Assembly (NCBI RefSeq): GCF_001194135.2
Contig: NC_069008.1
Location: forward strand, 8,937,919 to 9,001,918
Length of the DNA stretch: 64,000 nt
Direction: 5' to 3'
Source of the DNA: Octopus bimaculoides
Lineage: Eukaryota
Shown here: piece after piece, positions 62,679-64,000 of the stretch
How the letters are laid out: each line of letters opens with the position of its first letter
How positions within the stretch are numbered: position 1 is the first letter of the stretch
Made by a program: the position numbers and the translations under genes
The notes under the pieces: model-generated
Told to the model about the DNA's origin: nothing
The model's input: only the letters and a program-made list of their open reading frames with translations
Database searches by the model: none

Positions 62679-63019
62679 ACAAAATGGGACAAGAATGCAA
62701 AACATCCAGACAGTTAGGTGATACAAGAAAGGGACAACAAGACATCCAGATAGACGATACAAAGAAAACAAGGATGGGTCATTCGGAGTTTTCTTTCCTC
62801 AGTCGAGTTCCAGATTATCTTTGCAATATCGGTTGGTTATACTCGAGATTGCTCCAATCTGGCCAGCCCCAAGGAAAAACTAAGCTAAGAGCATTAGATT
62901 CCTTGGAAGAAAGCAGCGAATCTATATGAAAACGAGGATTGGAAAAAAACGAACACTGTTACACAAATACAATAAAAATAATAACAGGACATAACAACAG
63001 ATGTCTTTTGGCTAAGGAC

Positions 63020-64000
63020 ATTGTCATCATCATCGTTTAACATCCGCCTTCCATGCTAGCATGGGTTGGACGATTTGACTGAGGACTGGCAAACCAGATG
63101 GCTGCACCAGGCTCCAATCTGATTTAGCAGAGTTTCTACAGCTGGATGCCTTTCCTAACGCCAACCACTCCGAGAGTGTAGTGGGTGCTTTTACGTGCCA
63201 CCGGCACGAGGGCCAGTCAGGCGGTGCTGGAACGGCCATGCTCAAAATGGTGTTTTTTACGTGCCACCTGCACAGGAGCTAGTCCAGTGGCACTGGCAAT
63301 GACCTCGCTCGAATGTTTACTAACGTGCCAGTAAGTCAACGCTTGTAACGATCACATTCAAATGGTGCTATTCGCATGCCACTGGCACAGAAGCCAGACA
63401 GCTGCTCTGGCAATGATCGCGCTTGAATGGTGCTTTTAGCGCTCCACTGGCACAGGTGCCAGTCATCGAATTTGGTTCAATCACGATTTCGATTTCACTT
63501 GCTCCAACAGGTCTTCACAAGTGGAGTTTAGTGTACAATGAAGGAGAGGTTGGCATGGGTGCAGTCATCGAATTTGGTTCGATTTCGACTTCACTTGCCT
63601 TATCAGGTCTTCGCAAGCAGAGTTTAGTGTCCAATGAAGGAAAGGTATGCATAAGTGAACTGGCTACATCCCTGGCATAGGCCTCGGATTATGATCTCAC
63701 TTGGCTTGCTGGGTCTTCTCACGTACTGCATATTTCCAAAGGTCTCGGTCACAAGTCATTGCCTCGGTGAGGCCTAATGTTTGGAAGTCGTACTTCACTA
63801 CCTCTTCTATAGGTTCCCTCAACTGCTAGGGTGTAGCACTTTTTCACACAGCTATCCTCATCCATTCTTGCCACATGACCATACCAGCGCAGTCGTCTCT
63901 TTTGCACACCACAACTGATGCTTCTTAGGTCCAACTTTTCTCTCAAGGTATTTACACTCTGTCAAGTATGTACACTGACATTACACATCCATCAGAGCAT
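63020..64000 (-). mobile_element. RTE LINE 3' fragment
   Basis: LREKLDLRSISCGVQKRRLRWYGHVARMDEDSCVKKC followed by the same 3'UTR family and (ATG)n tail as at 2297-3010. Confidence 0.85.

Larger units (their letters stand above)
1..64000. other. Assembly gaps and abundant (TA)n/(CA)n/(GA)n microsatellites
   Basis: N runs at 3612-4333, 9949-10543, 11612-12106, 15015-15062, 20397-20713, 29221-29410, 30865-30874, 37068-37077, 38282-38614 and 56183-56693. Several abut microsatellites. Confidence 0.99.

Overview
Eukaryotic, AT-rich, microsatellite- and retroposon-dense draft-assembly sequence with ten N-gaps. The SINE/LINE families and TTAGGG tracts suggest a coleoid cephalopod, probably Octopus (inference). 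The only recognisable host gene is the 5' two-thirds of PPP4C (PP4 catalytic subunit) on the + strand. It has five coding exons from 44453 to 58607 encoding aa 1-201, all with GT-AG borders and matching phases; the remaining exons lie beyond the window. Most other sequence is transposon-derived: a near-full-length decayed Penelope-like element, an internally deleted Ty3/gypsy element with both LTRs, PBS, PPT and TSD, several mariners, a piggyBac derivative, a Helitron-like element, foldback elements, RTE/CR1 LINE pieces and many tRNA-derived SINEs. The most interesting observations are four. (i) An apparently intact type I hammerhead ribozyme at 3457-3555(-), with decayed relatives that mostly keep self-complementary stem III sequences. 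(ii) A TSD-flanked foldback element with a (CCCTAA)n/(TTAGGG)n core. (iii) A tRNA-like gene ending in CCA, enclosed in 24-bp inverted repeats. (iv) Seven of 13 PPP4C differences from the human protein (recalled from memory) could be reverted by single A-to-G changes, a testable hint of restorative A-to-I editing. There are no CRISPR arrays, rRNA genes or prokaryotic systems. Most ORFs in the supplied track are microsatellite or N-gap artefacts.
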